Under the pieces are notes generated by a model, which was not told where the DNA came from, made no database searches, and saw only the letters and a list, made by a program, of their open reading frames with translations. From Phoronis australis (taxonomy: Eukaryota; Animalia; Phoronida): a DNA stretch of 64,000 nucleotides. A program made the position numbers and the translations under genes. Shown one piece after another: positions 62,246-64,000 of this stretch. Position 1 is the stretch's first letter, and each line of letters begins with the position of its first letter. Location: positions 35,241 through 99,240 of the forward strand of contig NMRA01000125.1 of assembly GCA_002633005.1 (NCBI GenBank), read 5' to 3'.

Positions 62246-64000
62246 TCTGATAGCTGACGTCTCGATCTCCATTGGCCAATCAAGAATAAGAACAACCGGT
62301 GTATTTTAACCATCTCAGCATGAACAGCTTGTTTTTACAATCTCATTGGCGTAACTTGAGTAATAATCCACATGATAAACGCTGGTTGTGATCATCATGC
62401 CCGCTGCTCACAATGTACGTTATTCGATCAAGAATTCGGTTTACACTACAGCTGCGCTTCTGTTTTCGTGTCTCATAAAGGTTATCCAGGGAGAAACAGT
62501 GAGGAATCGTTGAGCTGCAATTGAGTACATGTTTGTCTAAAGAAAACAGAAAATAACAGAAAGAGAAGAGACAATTTGAAATGTTGAAATAAACCATAAA
62601 AACAGGGCTAAAACATGAAACAGCTTCAATGGGCATTTATCGCAGATTTTTCAAAATGGAAAAGCGAAGAAATTTTCGGTGTGTGGGTGTAACATACTTG
62701 CTAAGCACGACAATGCTAAAAGCTTCGTTCAGGTGCACTACAGGAACACGAAGTTGAGTACGAAAGACAACTATAGTACAACGTAGCAGAATTATGTCTA
62801 AGCCTTGTGTTGTTTTATTTCTAATGCCAGATCAAATGCTACGAATTACAGCTACTCGAATGTCCATGTGAACGTTGTAACAGAAATACAGAGAGATTAA
62901 CGTAACGTCACATTGCCGTTGAATGTTTCGCGGCTGAGCCTCAGTGAGCCGGACGGACGGCGCTATCAAAGGGACAGCTACGTTTTTATTTTTACCATCA
63001 CTGGCCAGAGATGAGAAAAAATTGTCACAATATTTGAAAAGGGAAACCAAAATGTTGACCTTCTGCGGTGAAAAGGTGTCCGCAAACGATCTAGAAAGAC
63101 CAGGGTGCATGCCGCGTGATTTGCACTGGAACATCCGGGCATTAATTCGAGCAACGACCCTTTTATTAAGCATACATCCAAGGTCACTGAGAGCGACAGA
63201 CGCTCTTTCCTGTTGCATCATTTAGAAACTCTTAAAAAATTTGAAGCGTGCGCGAACTGAAGGGCACACCAGGGTGGACGCCACCGCCTAGTAAGGAAGC
63301 TCCCAAAGCCCACCGTATCATCTCGAGCACTGAACGTAACCGTTACGGTGCGTAGGCGCTACGTTCAAATGCCAAAAGGTGGTTGGCTGCGCCTACGTGC
63401 GCCTACGCCCCACTACAGCACCGTATATTATGCACCAGCTCCATCACGAACAATTATGAACTAGAAAGATTATTGTCACGGCGTGACAATAATGGACTCT
63501 GCGCGTGCGTATTAAAGGAATTGTTATGGGAAGTTACTGACAGCAACCCGGTTACCAATATGAAAAGGAATTCTTTAAAATTGTAGGAGAAATTACATGT
63601 TAATATTTTGATGACCTTTCCACTAACTGACCTCTTCTGGTGCATTATGAACCTCGATGAGGGAATAATTGTAAAACCAATTTAAAGTATAGTTAATGCT
63701 AAGAATCACAGATGTTTTACTTTAAACACTTCAGAATACAACATGAATGAATTGGTCAAACTTTCAGAAGAAAAATGCACCAAATGACCCCATGGGTGCA
63801 CCAAATGACCCAAAAGTTGAAAATTCAAACTCAATCGCATTTAGTAAACAGATATGTAATTTTGAAGTCTCTAGCTCAAAATTTTAATTTTGCACTGAAT
63901 GACCTTTGACCTATTTTTTCTGATTGGTTAGGGCTATTGCGTAGTTAAGTAGGTTGTTCAATTGGCATGTTGACTTACACTAGTGTGCTGAAATTGAAAA

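Noticed and set aside
63110-63270. hAT dimerisation-domain remnant (KSF*MMQQER on the minus strand)
   Set aside because: Similarity is limited to a few residues and cannot be supported without a profile search.

Overview
Eukaryotic, repeat-rich, intron-containing DNA, most likely from an invertebrate animal (inferred from GT-AG introns, a rhodopsin-class peptide-receptor-like GPCR and the transposon repertoire). Host genes: (1) two tandem minus-strand short-chain dehydrogenase/reductase (SDR) paralogs with matching exon structure. Copy A runs 5371 to 704 and its last exon is not in the window. Copy B runs 14190 to 7589, has 5 exons and is complete except for one in-frame TGA at codon 197, which aligns to Cys in copy A. 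(2) An intronless 393-aa class A GPCR at 57992-59173 with an atypical TM7 motif. The roughly 43 kb between them holds no recognisable host exon. It is a mosaic of decayed mobile elements: an ISL2EU-like element (THAP and SAP-YqaJ remnants, AT target duplication), a Penelope-like retroelement with an inverted terminal copy carrying a hammerhead-like motif, Academ-like and Tc1/mariner transposase remnants, Helentron-associated (HINE-like) repeats, a probable solo LTR and several foldback MITEs with 20-22 bp internal arrays. Nearly all short ORFs in the supplied track are spurious. Single Ns (10965, 11668, 25300, 45191, 49287) mark probable contig joins. All family assignments come from motif recognition by eye; no database search was run.
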